The notes: generated by a model not told the origin, from the sequence alone. A stretch of 64,000 nt of DNA from an uncultured Pelagibacteraceae bacterium (GCA_902554315.1 CACDOF010000001.1:19894-83893); one strand, 5' to 3'. Shown: positions 39,521-49,714, numbered from the stretch's first letter. Made by a program: numbers and translations.

Positions 39521-40774
39521 ATGAGCAGCGAAACACAAAAAATTTTAACAACAGACGGAATTCCTTTAGAGGAAAGCTTAAAAAAAGCTGAAAGGAAAAA
39601 TAAGATTAAAGCATTTTTGCTAGTATCACCATTATTACTTTATTTATTAATTACTTATATTTTTCCAATAGGAGATATGTTTTTAAGAAGTATAGACGAT
39701 AAGATGGTTACCAAAATGCTTCCTAAAACATTTATAGCAATGGAAAAATGGGATGGAAATGAACTTCCTGAAGAGGAGGTTTTTGAAGCTTTTTATCTTG
39801 ATTATAAAATACTAGTTAAAGAAAAAACTTTTGGAAAATTAGCTACCCAGCTTAATTATGAAAAGAATGGTTTTAAAAGTATTCTTAAAAAATTAGCCAG
39901 AAAACAAAAGAAATTTACAGAAGGTAATTATAAAGAGCAGATTATGAAAGTTCACAAAAGGTGGGCTAACGTTGATTACTGGAGAGCAATTAAGAGGAGA
40001 GCTCCAAATTATACATATTCCAAATATTTAAAAGGAGTTGATATGTATGAAGACGAGAATGGTAAAATAGTCCAAGTAGAAGAAAGCAGAAGAGTTCATA
40101 AAAAATTGTGGATGAGGACTTTAGAAATTGCATTTTTTGTAACAGTATTTTGCTTTCTAATGGCTTATCCAATAGCCCATTTGCTAGCAACTTTACCAAT
40201 GAAATATAGTAATTTGCTTATGATTTGTGTACTTCTTCCATTTTGGACTTCTCTATTAGTTAGAACGGCGAGCTGGATGATTTTATTGCAACAGCAAGGT
40301 ATCGTAAACGACTTTTTTGTTTGGATAGGACTGGTGGCTGATGAGAACAGGCCTGAAATGATGTACAACAAAACAGGCACATATGTTGCAATGACACAAA
40401 TTCTTTTACCTTTTATGGTTTTGCCTTTGTACAGTGTGATGAAAACTATTTCCCCAAGTTTAATGAGAGCAGGAAAATCACTTGGAGGAACTCCATTCGT
40501 TGCTTTTTGGAAAATATATTTTCCATTAACTATACCTGGTATTGGAGCAGGATGTTTGCTTGTGTTTATTCTTGCGATTGGATATTACATCACTCCTGCA
40601 TTAGTTGGGGGAGCATCAGGAACTCTTATAAGTAACCAAATAGCCTACCATATGAAAAGTACTTTAGATTGGAGTTTTGCATCAGCAATGGGTTTAATGC
40701 TTCTGCTAGGAGTGTTAGCAATCTATTGGGTTTATAATAAACTTGTAGGAATTGATAATATAAAATTAGGATAA
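39521..40774 (+). CDS. PotB-type ABC permease with a large periplasmic insertion
   Basis: LLPFWTSLLVRT, LPFMVLPLYSVM, GYYITPALVGG. Confidence 0.9.
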   Translation: MSSETQKILTTDGIPLEESLKKAERKNKIKAFLLVSPLLLYLLITYIFPIGDMFLRSIDDKMVTKMLPKTFIAMEKWDGNELPEEEVFEAFYLDYKILVKEKTFGKLATQLNYEKNGFKSILKKLARKQKKFTEGNYKEQIMKVHKRWANVDYWRAIKRRAPNYTYSKYLKGVDMYEDENGKIVQVEESRRVHKKLWMRTLEIAFFVTVFCFLMAYPIAHLLATLPMKYSNLLMICVLLPFWTSLLVRTASWMILLQQQGIVNDFFVWIGLVADENRPEMMYNKTGTYVAMTQILLPFMVLPLYSVMKTISPSLMRAGKSLGGTPFVAFWKIYFPLTIPGIGAGCLLVFILAIGYYITPALVGGASGTLISNQIAYHMKSTLDWSFASAMGLMLLLGVLAIYWVYNKLVGIDNIKLG

Positions 40775-40780
40775 ATATTT

Positions 40781-41635
40781 ATGGCTTTACCAAAGTATAC
40801 CGAAACTCATTATAGAATATGGCACTATTTTTATTTGCTTATTTGTACTGCTGTATTTATATTTTTGATTGCTCCTTTGTTTGTTATTTTTCCACTTTCA
40901 TTTAATGCAGAAGAGTTTTTAGTTTTCTCAGATGGTATGAAAAGACTTGATCCAGATGCATTTTCTTTAAGATGGTATCACGATATGGTTTATGGTACCA
41001 AAAATCCTTGGGGGCTTGCTGCAAAAAATAGTTTTATAATTGCAATTTTTGCAACCTTAGGGTCAGTTTTGCTTGGAACCGTTGCAGCTTTAGGTTTAAG
41101 TAGTAGGCATATGCCATATAAAGCCTTGATTATGGCAATTTTAATTTCTCCTATGATTGTTCCTCTTATTATTTCTGGAGTTGCTATTTTTTTCTTTATA
41201 GCAAAAGTTGGTTTAGCAGGAACTCATCTAGGAATTATTTTATCACACATAATACTTGGAACTCCATTTGTAGTTATAACTGTTACAGCCACACTTTCTG
41301 GTTTTGATCACAGCGTAACTAGAGCAGCTTCTAGTCTTGGAAGCGATCCAGTCAATACTTTTATGAAGATTACTTTGCCTTTAATTTTACCAGGTGTAAT
41401 TTCAGGCGGATTGTTTGCATTTGTAACATCTTTTGACGAAGTAGTTGTTGTTTTGTTTTTAGCTGGACTTGAAAATACAACAATTCCAATACAAATGTGG
41501 ACTGGTTTAAGAGAACAATTAAGTCCGACTATATTAGCGGTGGCAACATGTTTAATCGTTCTTTCAGTATTAATACTTGTAACAGCTGAACTTTTAAGAA
41601 GAAGATCTGAAAGATTGAGAGGAATTAATAGTTAA
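40781..41635 (+). CDS. PotC-type ABC permease
   Basis: FSLRWY, SPMIVP, FAFVTSFDEVVV. Confidence 0.9.
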   Translation: MALPKYTETHYRIWHYFYLLICTAVFIFLIAPLFVIFPLSFNAEEFLVFSDGMKRLDPDAFSLRWYHDMVYGTKNPWGLAAKNSFIIAIFATLGSVLLGTVAALGLSSRHMPYKALIMAILISPMIVPLIISGVAIFFFIAKVGLAGTHLGIILSHIILGTPFVVITVTATLSGFDHSVTRAASSLGSDPVNTFMKITLPLILPGVISGGLFAFVTSFDEVVVVLFLAGLENTTIPIQMWTGLREQLSPTILAVATCLIVLSVLILVTAELLRRRSERLRGINS

Positions 41636-42067
41636 TTATAAACTGTTTATTAAATCTGGTGCAATTTTTTTTGATTTAGAGGAAAATCTTAATTTTTTTA
41701 TCTGTTCTAGATTAGATTTATCTTCTCCAACTACCACAAAACCTATCATTCCCATATTTTTATGCGGTGTACACCAATAAGCGTAAATTCCAGGAGTTGC
41801 GAACTTATACTCAGCATCTTTGTTATATTTTGATTTAAATTTACCAACGCCTTCTGGAACTCCTTTTTTTATGAATTCGACATTGTGACCTTTATCAGTA
41901 GCTTTCCATAATACTGTGTCACCCACGTTTACTCTCACGATTTTTGGCTCAAATACCATAGACTCTTTGTTTAGTCTGTTAAGCATTTCTACAGTTTGGT
42001 CTGCAGCAATGGCAAAACTTGAAAATAGTAAATAAGCAAAAAATGTTAATATTATTTTTATTTTCAT
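41636..42067 (-). CDS. Pseudoazurin (blue copper protein)
   Basis: Signal peptide from ATG 42067; VEMLN, KGHNVE, YWCTPHKNMGM type-1 copper ligands. Confidence 0.88.
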   Translation of the reverse strand: MKIKIILTFFAYLLFSSFAIAADQTVEMLNRLNKESMVFEPKIVRVNVGDTVLWKATDKGHNVEFIKKGVPEGVGKFKSKYNKDAEYKFATPGIYAYWCTPHKNMGMIGFVVVGEDKSNLEQIKKLRFSSKSKKIAPDLINSL

Positions 42068-42167
42068 ATTAAATGTTTTTTTGAATAACCCATAAAAGCT
42101 ATATGGATATAAAAGTTTTAATATCAATAAAGATTTATGTAACAAGTTGCCACACAAAGAATATTTT

Positions 42168-43292
42168 TTAATTAATTGCCTCAATGATAGTTGCGATGCC
42201 CATGCCCAAGCCTATACATTGAGTAGATAGAGCGTATTTTTTATTTTCTCTTTTCAATAATTCAGCAGCTTTACCTGTAATTCTTGCTCCAGTAGCTCCA
42301 AGCGGATGACCTAATGCTAAAGCTCCACCATCTATGTTAACTTTTTTTTCATTTAGGTTTAAATCTTTAATACAAGCTAAGGATTGTGATGCAAATGCTT
42401 CGTTTAGTTCAACAATATCAATTTCGTTTGGGGATAATTTTGCTCTCTCTAAAGCTTTTTTAGATGCACCTATTGGTCCTAATCCCATATAATCAGGCTC
42501 ACAACCTTGCACCGCTGTAGAAACTATTCTTCCTAATATTTCTAAATTATTTTCTTTAGCAAACTGTTCTTCACATATCAAAGTCGCAGCAGCTCCATCA
42601 GTTAATGGAGAAGACGTTGCAGCTGTAACAGTTCCATTTTGATCGAATGCAAGCTTTAATCCATCCAAAGTTTCATGATTACTGTTTGGTCTTATATTGC
42701 CGTCTTTAGAACAGTTTCCTATTACTGTAATTTCATTATTAAAATTTCCCTTTGATTGTGCTTGAAATGCTTTATGATGACTTAATATAGCAAAATCTTG
42801 CTGTTCTTTTCTGCTAATATTATATTTTTTTGCAACATTTTCTGCAGTAATTCCCATTGAAAAATAAACATTTGGGTTTTCTTTATCAGAATATGGATAA
42901 GGTATAGAGTTAAATCCTGTAGTCACTCGCGTCATACTTTCAACTCCTCCACAAATAAAAGCTTTGCCTGATCCCATAGCGATCTTCCCAGCCGCTATAT
43001 GTATAGCTTCCATTGAGGATCCACACCATCTATCAACTGTCATCCCAGAAGTTCTGATATCCATTCCAGTTAAAAACGTTACTAGTTTTCCAATATTGAA
43101 ACATTGTTCGCCAACTTGAAATGCGCATCCAATAACAATATCCTCTATATCATTTGGGTTCACTTTAGATTTTGAAACAAGATTTTTTATAACTTCAGCT
43201 AATAAATTTACTGGCTTAACATCTATTAATTCGCCCTTTTTTGCCATTGTAAAAGGTGATCTTGAATATCCTGCTATTACTGATCTATACAT
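42168..43292 (-). CDS. Acetyl-CoA C-acyltransferase (thiolase)
   Basis: DRWCGSS, NEAFA, GHPLGATG, CIGLGMG. Confidence 0.93.
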   Translation of the reverse strand: MYRSVIAGYSRSPFTMAKKGELIDVKPVNLLAEVIKNLVSKSKVNPNDIEDIVIGCAFQVGEQCFNIGKLVTFLTGMDIRTSGMTVDRWCGSSMEAIHIAAGKIAMGSGKAFICGGVESMTRVTTGFNSIPYPYSDKENPNVYFSMGITAENVAKKYNISRKEQQDFAILSHHKAFQAQSKGNFNNEITVIGNCSKDGNIRPNSNHETLDGLKLAFDQNGTVTAATSSPLTDGAAATLICEEQFAKENNLEILGRIVSTAVQGCEPDYMGLGPIGASKKALERAKLSPNEIDIVELNEAFASQSLACIKDLNLNEKKVNIDGGALALGHPLGATGARITGKAAELLKRENKKYALSTQCIGLGMGIATIIEAIN

Positions 43293-43312
43293 TTTTCTTT
43301 ATACTTATAAGA

Positions 43313-44458
43313 TTATTTTGGAAATGGTAAAGTAGTTATAATGCCTTTTCTTTTTTTTCCATCATAAGTTTCAACATTTAATTTTTGACCAATATCCCAA
43401 TAATCTTTTAAAATCATTGATAGACCAATATTTTTCTTTAATCTAGGCGAATATATGCCTGAAGCAATCTGACCAATTTTTTTATTTTTTTCTGAATATA
43501 CTGAAAGCGGTTTTCCTGTTGCTAAACATGGCTCGCCTTCAAACAAAATCCCTCTCATCTTTTGTTTAATGCCTTCTAATTTAATTTTTTTTAAAGCTTC
43601 TCTTCCAATAAATTCGTGGTTTTCACATTCAGAACAATATTTTTCTAGATTACATTCTAGAGGATTGTTCTCTTTAGTAAAATCATTGCCATATGAAAGT
43701 AGGCCAGCTTCGATTCTATCTATTAAATTGGGACAACCAGGAGAAATATTAAACTTTTGTCCTGCTTTCCAAATTATATCCCAAAGTTTTTCTCCTAACT
43801 CGACTCCGTTAAAGTGTTCTTCAAAACCTTTAAAATAAATTTCAAACCCATCTTGTCTGCTATACCCCGATCTTGCTATAATTTGTTTTGTTCCTAAAAA
43901 ATCAAATATTTTAAAATTAAAAAACTTTATTTTTTTTATATCTTCTCCAAATATGGATACCATTAATGCTTCTGATTTGGGACCTTGAACTGCCAAAGGA
44001 TAGACATCAGGTTCAACTATATTTACGTCAAAATTAGATCCTAACGCAAGACCTTTTGCCCACAACAAAATGTCAGAGTCAGCAATAGAAATCCAAAACA
44101 TATCATCATCAAGTTTAAGTAAAACAGGATCATTTATCATTCCTGCATTTTCATCAATTATTGGAATATAAAAACATTTACCTGTTGCCATATTTTTAAT
44201 TGAACGTGGTGTCATTTTTTGTACTAGTTTTTGAGCATCAGGACCACTTATTTGTACTTGTCTTTGGCATGAGACATCCCAAATTTGAACATGTTCATTA
44301 AGGTGCCAGTAATCTTCTTCTACAGATTTTTTAAAACCTTTTGGTAAAAGCATATGATTTACAACAGTAAAATCTGAAACGCCACACTGTTCAACTTTAT
44401 TAGTAAAAGGTGTTCTTCTTATACGTCTTGACATATTTAATTTTATATTTTTTTTCAT
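43313..44458 (-). CDS. dmdA: DMSP demethylase DmdA homologue (GcvT family)
   Basis: SRRIRRTPF, NHMLLP, HVQIWDV, NDPVLLKL, WISIADSD, PGCPNLIDRIEAGLLSYGND. Confidence 0.8.
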   Translation of the reverse strand: MKKNIKLNMSRRIRRTPFTNKVEQCGVSDFTVVNHMLLPKGFKKSVEEDYWHLNEHVQIWDVSCQRQVQISGPDAQKLVQKMTPRSIKNMATGKCFYIPIIDENAGMINDPVLLKLDDDMFWISIADSDILLWAKGLALGSNFDVNIVEPDVYPLAVQGPKSEALMVSIFGEDIKKIKFFNFKIFDFLGTKQIIARSGYSRQDGFEIYFKGFEEHFNGVELGEKLWDIIWKAGQKFNISPGCPNLIDRIEAGLLSYGNDFTKENNPLECNLEKYCSECENHEFIGREALKKIKLEGIKQKMRGILFEGEPCLATGKPLSVYSEKNKKIGQIASGIYSPRLKKNIGLSMILKDYWDIGQKLNVETYDGKKRKGIITTLPFPK

Positions 44459-44481
44459 AACTGAAGTTTTAATTGCTAATT

Positions 44482-44817
44482 TTAATCAGACCACCAAATT
44501 GAGTAGCCATTGGGTGATACAATTATTGGTATATGATATTTTTTATCTGGGTCTGTCATTTTAAATTTAATTGTAATTTCTGAAACTATTTTTTTTTCAG
44601 AAAAATAATCTCCAGTTTTACAAACCATTTCATACTCAGATTTACAGTCATCATCACTAAGGTTAAATTCTTTTAAAACCCTACCTCCATCATCAGTTTT
44701 AGTTTTGCAGAAAATTTTTTTTTCACCATTTGATTTAATTTGATAGATAATTATATCTACATTGCTTGCGTGAGTACCGTTAACTGAATTTAATAAATGT
44801 GAAGATAAAGTTGCCAT
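44482..44817 (-). CDS. Transthyretin-like/5-hydroxyisourate hydrolase family protein with an atypical C-terminus
   Basis: LSSHLLN..GTHA, TDDGGR, YHIPIIVSPNGYS; ends in WWSD rather than YRGS. Confidence 0.8.
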   Translation of the reverse strand: MATLSSHLLNSVNGTHASNVDIIIYQIKSNGEKKIFCKTKTDDGGRVLKEFNLSDDDCKSEYEMVCKTGDYFSEKKIVSEITIKFKMTDPDKKYHIPIIVSPNGYSIWWSD

Positions 44818-44819
44818 AA

Positions 44820-46559
44820 TTATTCTATTGATGACTTTTCTCTTTTTGTTGCAACAGCAGCAACTATTGGGCTCAATACAGGCTTTGCTTTAACATTTAC
44901 ACATGCAGTTTTACCACTTTCTATTGCTCTTTTTAAAGCTGGAGCAAGTTCTTCTCTTTTTGTAACGAGTTCACCATGTCCTCCAAAACCTTGAAAGATT
45001 TTATGGAAAGGAATATCTCTAAAGTCAGTTGCTACACGTTTTCCACTTTTAAATAACCTTTCTTGTTGCTGTCCTATAGAAGCCAAACCCTCATTATTAT
45101 CTATTACAACAGTAATTGGTTTTTTTTCATAAAAAGCTGCCTCTATTGACATTCCACCAGATAAAAAAGCTCCATCTCCACTTATAAGAACAACATTTGA
45201 ATTAGGATTATTATTTTTTGCGGATAAAGCAAAAGATACTCCAACACCCAGCATACTAAAAGTACCAGGGTGTAAAATTCCTCCAAGCTTTTTTCCTTTT
45301 GCTCCAGCAATATTTATGGCAATTTCTGACCAAAAATGAGTGTTTCCTCCATCAATTACTAACCAATCCTTTTCTCCCATTGCATCTTGAACATCTAAAG
45401 CGAGTTGAAGAGGATGTATTTTACCACCATTTTTTTTTGCTTTTTCTGCTTCTAAACTTAAATCTTTTAATGAACTTTCAACCCATTCATTTTTTTTAAC
45501 TTTATTTTGATCAAACCATTTACTGTCTAAATTCCATTTATTATTTTTTTTTAAATTTTTTAAAGTATCTAAGAAAACTCCTGGGTCACATAAAAGATTA
45601 ATATCCGCAGCTCTATTGATTTCTATTTCTTCATGAGAACCATTTATGCATACTAATTTAGTAGATTTTGGAAAAAAGGGAGGATTGCCAAAATTCATTT
45701 GATTATCCAATCTTGCCCCAACCATTAAAACTAAATCGGAGTTATTTAATGCAAACTGTGATGGAGGGAATTGATGAATATCAGCTAAACCCATGTAGGC
45801 GTTGGCCTCTTCCCCTAATAATTTTTGATGATAAGGAATATTAAAAATTGGAATATTCAAATTATTGCCAGCTTCTTCTAAATTTTTTTCAGATTTAGAC
45901 CACCATACTCCATGACCTCCGATTAATACTGGCTTTTTTGCACTACAAGCAAGTTCTAAAATTTCAGAAATTGAATTTGGATCGGGCCAAGCTTTCGCAA
46001 TAGGTTTTGCTTTATGAGAAAATGGTCTTTCTTCTAATCCTGCCTCTTCTGGAAACGAAGAAAACATTATATCAACAGGTAAACTTAAATGAACAGCGCC
46101 TGGATATCCATTTGTTGCAATTCTATAAGCCTTATCTACAAATTCTCTTATTCTATTTCCGTCAGTAATACTTGCGCTGTATTTTGTTAATGGTGCAGCT
46201 ATTGAAACATCGTCTATTTCTTTAAATCCACCTGAACCCTGCCTTTTTAGACTACTTGATCCGGTAATATAAATTATTGGTGTTCTTTCTCCCCAGGCCT
46301 CCATCATGGAAGGAACGGCATTTGCAAATCCTTCCGGACCAACTAAACAAACAGATGGTTTTCTTGTTATTCTAGTATGCCCATCAGCTAAATGTCCAGC
46401 AATTTGTTCGTGAGGACAATTAATAACTTCCATTTGGCATTCCATAAAACCTTCAATTGCTGGATTACAAAAACCCCCAGATAAAGTAAAAACTTTATCA
46501 ATACCTTTGTCTCTTAACGCTCTAGCTATTAATGCTCCACCTCTAATTTTTTTGTCCAT
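44820..46559 (-). CDS. ThDP-dependent enzyme (acetolactate synthase/2-hydroxyacyl-CoA lyase-like)
   Basis: HEQIAGHLADG, PGTFSMLGVG, GDGAF...DNN. Confidence 0.88.
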   Translation of the reverse strand: MDKKIRGGALIARALRDKGIDKVFTLSGGFCNPAIEGFMECQMEVINCPHEQIAGHLADGHTRITRKPSVCLVGPEGFANAVPSMMEAWGERTPIIYITGSSSLKRQGSGGFKEIDDVSIAAPLTKYSASITDGNRIREFVDKAYRIATNGYPGAVHLSLPVDIMFSSFPEEAGLEERPFSHKAKPIAKAWPDPNSISEILELACSAKKPVLIGGHGVWWSKSEKNLEEAGNNLNIPIFNIPYHQKLLGEEANAYMGLADIHQFPPSQFALNNSDLVLMVGARLDNQMNFGNPPFFPKSTKLVCINGSHEEIEINRAADINLLCDPGVFLDTLKNLKKNNKWNLDSKWFDQNKVKKNEWVESSLKDLSLEAEKAKKNGGKIHPLQLALDVQDAMGEKDWLVIDGGNTHFWSEIAINIAGAKGKKLGGILHPGTFSMLGVGVSFALSAKNNNPNSNVVLISGDGAFLSGGMSIEAAFYEKKPITVVIDNNEGLASIGQQQERLFKSGKRVATDFRDIPFHKIFQGFGGHGELVTKREELAPALKRAIESGKTACVNVKAKPVLSPIVAAVATKREKSSIE

Positions 46560-46562
46560 TAT

Positions 46563-47723
46563 TTAATATTTCATATCCTTAAAAAACTTCTGAGCTATAA
46601 TATCAGATGTAATTTCATTAATATCAGTTAATCCTACTAAACCAAGTGTTGTGCTCAATTCTCCTTTAATAATATTTAAGATTTTTCTCAAACCTTTTGC
46701 TCCATCAGCTCCTATGGCGTACATTAATGGCCTACCAATCATGACATAATCTGCACCGAAAGCAAGAGCTCTAACTATATCGCCACCACTTCTTATACCA
46801 CTATCAAAAAGTAATGGAAATTCTTTCCCTAAAGCTTTTCTTATCAAAGGCAAAGCATTAATCGCAGATGTTGCGCTTTCCAATTGTCTTCCTCCATGAT
46901 TTGAAACTTGTATTCCATCTGCACCTAACTCTTTTATTTTTATAGCATCCTCTTGAGACATAACACCTTTAACAATTAATTTTCCTTTCCAAGCACTTCT
47001 GATCCGTTTTAATGTATCCCAATCAGTAGAGCCTCTGCTTTCACTTCTCACAAATTTATTTCCCTTTTTTGAAGTTTCGTAGTTCATTGGTTTTGGTATT
47101 CCATATAATAGAGTTGAGATAGACCAATTTGGATGAGTTGCAAAATCATAAAATTGTTTAGGTCCAATCTTAAATGGAACTGTAAAGCCATTTTTATCAT
47201 CTTTGGCTCTTCTAAATTGAATTGGAACATCTACAGTTAATATCAATACTTGATAGCCAGTTTTTTCCGCTCTTTCTAAAAGTTCCATCACAAAATCTTC
47301 ATCTTGAAATATATATAACTGCAGCCAAGAATTACCTTCTGATAAATCAAACATTTTTTCTAGGGAAGTAGATGAAGCCATGGATACACATGTTGGAATA
47401 TTGTTAATTACACTTTCTTTTGCAAGCATTGTGTCTGCGCCCGGCCAAGTTAAATTACACATTCCCATAGGCGCAAAACCAAAAGGCAGATCATACTTAA
47501 TTTTAAAAAATTCTTTACTTAAATTTCTTTTTTCAACATTCCTAAGAACTTTTGGTTCAAGTCTTATCTGGTCTAATGCTGTACTGTTTAATTCACAAAG
47601 TTTTTCATCTCCTGAAGCACCATCTACAAAATCAAAAAACATTTTTGGAAGTCTTTTTTTGGCAAGTTTACGTGCATCCTCAAGACTATGTATTTTTTTA
47701 CTTGGTGTAATTTTTTCACTCAT
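46563..47723 (-). CDS. FMN-dependent alpha-hydroxy-acid oxidase/dehydrogenase
   Basis: LAKKRLP..FFDFVDG, WLQLY, LTVDVP, SNHGGRQLE, DSGIRSGGD. Confidence 0.92.
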   Translation of the reverse strand: MSEKITPSKKIHSLEDARKLAKKRLPKMFFDFVDGASGDEKLCELNSTALDQIRLEPKVLRNVEKRNLSKEFFKIKYDLPFGFAPMGMCNLTWPGADTMLAKESVINNIPTCVSMASSTSLEKMFDLSEGNSWLQLYIFQDEDFVMELLERAEKTGYQVLILTVDVPIQFRRAKDDKNGFTVPFKIGPKQFYDFATHPNWSISTLLYGIPKPMNYETSKKGNKFVRSESRGSTDWDTLKRIRSAWKGKLIVKGVMSQEDAIKIKELGADGIQVSNHGGRQLESATSAINALPLIRKALGKEFPLLFDSGIRSGGDIVRALAFGADYVMIGRPLMYAIGADGAKGLRKILNIIKGELSTTLGLVGLTDINEITSDIIAQKFFKDMKY

Positions 47724-48412
47724 AAACTATTTTTTATATGTTCTTTTAGACTAATTTTTTTATTTTTATCTATAAAATAAGCATCATGATTTTTTCTTGA
47801 AGAATAAACTTCTGATGGTTTTCCGTCAATAAAAAGCACTGCTACGCCATCATCAATGGCAATTCCTTTGGGCATCTCGCTATTTTCAATGTCATTTTTG
47901 AACTTTTTTAATCTTTCATTTTCTGATGAATGAGGCGTACAACTTCCTGAAATTAAATTTATACCCCTTAACGCTTTTAATCCTATACCTTCTGAGTCTG
48001 ACAATATCCAATCAAACCAGCATATTGCCCCTGCACTTACTCCAGATAAAATTATTCCTTTATTGTAAGCTTCTCTAAAAATTTCTATTAAATTATTTTT
48101 TTTCCAAATTTCAAGCATATATGAAGTATTTCCTCCACCAACATAGATAATGTCTTTGCTTAAAATCCAATCCTTAAAACCTTCTACTTTTGAGCAGAGG
48201 TTAAAATGTGACAATTGTAAGTAATTACTTTCAAATCTTTTATAAAATAAATCAATTTTTTTTTTATCATCTTTGCTTGCGGTAGGTAAAAATCCAATTT
48301 TAAAGTTTTTTATATTTACTTGATTTAAAACAAATTGATCTAGACTTTCATCTGTTTCATTAGTAAAGCCACCTCCGCCAATCGAAATTATTTTTTTTTT
48401 ATTCCTGTCCAT
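47720..48412 (-). CDS. Peptidase E (S51) family
   Basis: IGGGG, FLPTAS, YVGGGNT, GVSAGA, CTPH. Confidence 0.85.
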   Translation of the reverse strand: MDRNKKKIISIGGGGFTNETDESLDQFVLNQVNIKNFKIGFLPTASKDDKKKIDLFYKRFESNYLQLSHFNLCSKVEGFKDWILSKDIIYVGGGNTSYMLEIWKKNNLIEIFREAYNKGIILSGVSAGAICWFDWILSDSEGIGLKALRGINLISGSCTPHSSENERLKKFKNDIENSEMPKGIAIDDGVAVLFIDGKPSEVYSSRKNHDAYFIDKNKKISLKEHIKNSL

Positions 48413-49614
48413 GGATTGGGTTTATTAGGAATATCTTTATTTTTTCCTCGAACTATTTCTCCTTTGAAGTCATACATTGGAAGTTTGCACAATTCACCTT
48501 TATATGTATTACCATTTGTGCAATCAACATCAAGAATTGTTCCAGGACCTAAGTTACTATTTTGCATATGAACAATTCCTACGCCACAAACTTGATAAGG
48601 CGACCATGTGCTTGAAGTAACTTCTCCAACAATTTTTCCATTTATTTTCAAACTTTTTCCTCTTATAGCAGTTCCTTTTTCAACACGTATACCCCAAGTT
48701 AAACATTCTTTATTAGATTTTTCTAAGGCTTCTTTGCCAATAAAATTATTTTTATTTATGTCAATGAATCTTCCAAGTCCTACAGAATATGGGTTCGTTT
48801 TATTTGTAAAATCTTGACCAGCTGAAAGAAGACCTGCTTCAATTCTTCTACAACGAAAAACTGGAGTAGCCGTTAAGATCATTCCAATCTTTTTACCTTC
48901 TTCAAGTATTAAATCTCCCAATTTTTCTATATTATTTTCTGGGCGAAAATATATTTCCCATCCAAGCTCGTTACTAAATCCGGAGCGACTTATTATAATT
49001 TTTTCTCCTGACATGCTTACTTCTTTCCAGTCAAAATATTTCCAATCTGAAGATATATTAGACTCTGTTAAAAAATCTAAAAGTTGCATTGATTTTGGAC
49101 CTTGTATTTGACTTACCCAAACATTAGGTTCGGTAATATTTACATTTAAACCTTCTGCCTGAGCTTTATACCAAGAAAACATATCGCCCTCAGCTTGAGC
49201 AAACCAGTATTTGTTTTGATCTAGCCTCAACAATACTCCATCAGTGATCATCCCACCATCATGATAACAAGCAAATTGATAAGAACATCTTCCTATTTTA
49301 ACTTTTGAAACATCTCTAGGAAAAATTTTTTGTAAAAGTTTTAGTGCATCAGATCCAGATATCTCATAAGGATGCTCTCCTGTATGTCTAAAAATTAATT
49401 CCTGTCTTATTTTCCAATACATTTCTTCTGCAGAAGCATTAGAAAGTTTTTCTGGTGTAAGTCGACCTGCATAAATAGAATACTCTGGATCAAAAGGTAA
49501 TTCTTGATAAGTTAAAGGATGTAAACCTATAGTTCTTGCTAACTCTAAAGCACTTTCTCCTTCAGAAATTATTGGTTTAACAGAAAATCTGAACTTACTT
49601 AAGTTTTTATTCAT
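48388..49614 (-). CDS. THF-dependent aminomethyltransferase/demethylase (GcvT family, DmdA-related paralogue)
   Basis: EISGSDA, GGMITDGVLLRL, QIQGPKS, SRSGFSNELGWEIY, RRIEAGLLS. Confidence 0.85.
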   Translation of the reverse strand: MNKNLSKFRFSVKPIISEGESALELARTIGLHPLTYQELPFDPEYSIYAGRLTPEKLSNASAEEMYWKIRQELIFRHTGEHPYEISGSDALKLLQKIFPRDVSKVKIGRCSYQFACYHDGGMITDGVLLRLDQNKYWFAQAEGDMFSWYKAQAEGLNVNITEPNVWVSQIQGPKSMQLLDFLTESNISSDWKYFDWKEVSMSGEKIIISRSGFSNELGWEIYFRPENNIEKLGDLILEEGKKIGMILTATPVFRCRRIEAGLLSAGQDFTNKTNPYSVGLGRFIDINKNNFIGKEALEKSNKECLTWGIRVEKGTAIRGKSLKINGKIVGEVTSSTWSPYQVCGVGIVHMQNSNLGPGTILDVDCTNGNTYKGELCKLPMYDFKGEIVRGKNKDIPNKPNPWTGIKKK

Positions 49615-49685
49615 TTATTTAATATATTTAGGCAAGTTAGTTTAACTATTTAATACAATCAATAAAAACGTAACAAATTTGACTG

Positions 49686-49714
49686 TTGCCATAAAGGTAT
49701 TGAATTGTTAACTT
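49686..49714 (+). promoter_or_regulatory. Candidate sigma70 promoter for the family-5 ABC operon
   Basis: TTGCCA-17 nt-TAACTT with TGn before the -10; SD GAGAGGG downstream. Confidence 0.45.

Noticed and set aside
41636-42067. Denitrification module implied by pseudoazurin
   Set aside because: No nir, nor or nos genes and no FNR box (TTGAT-N4-ATCAA) were seen nearby.
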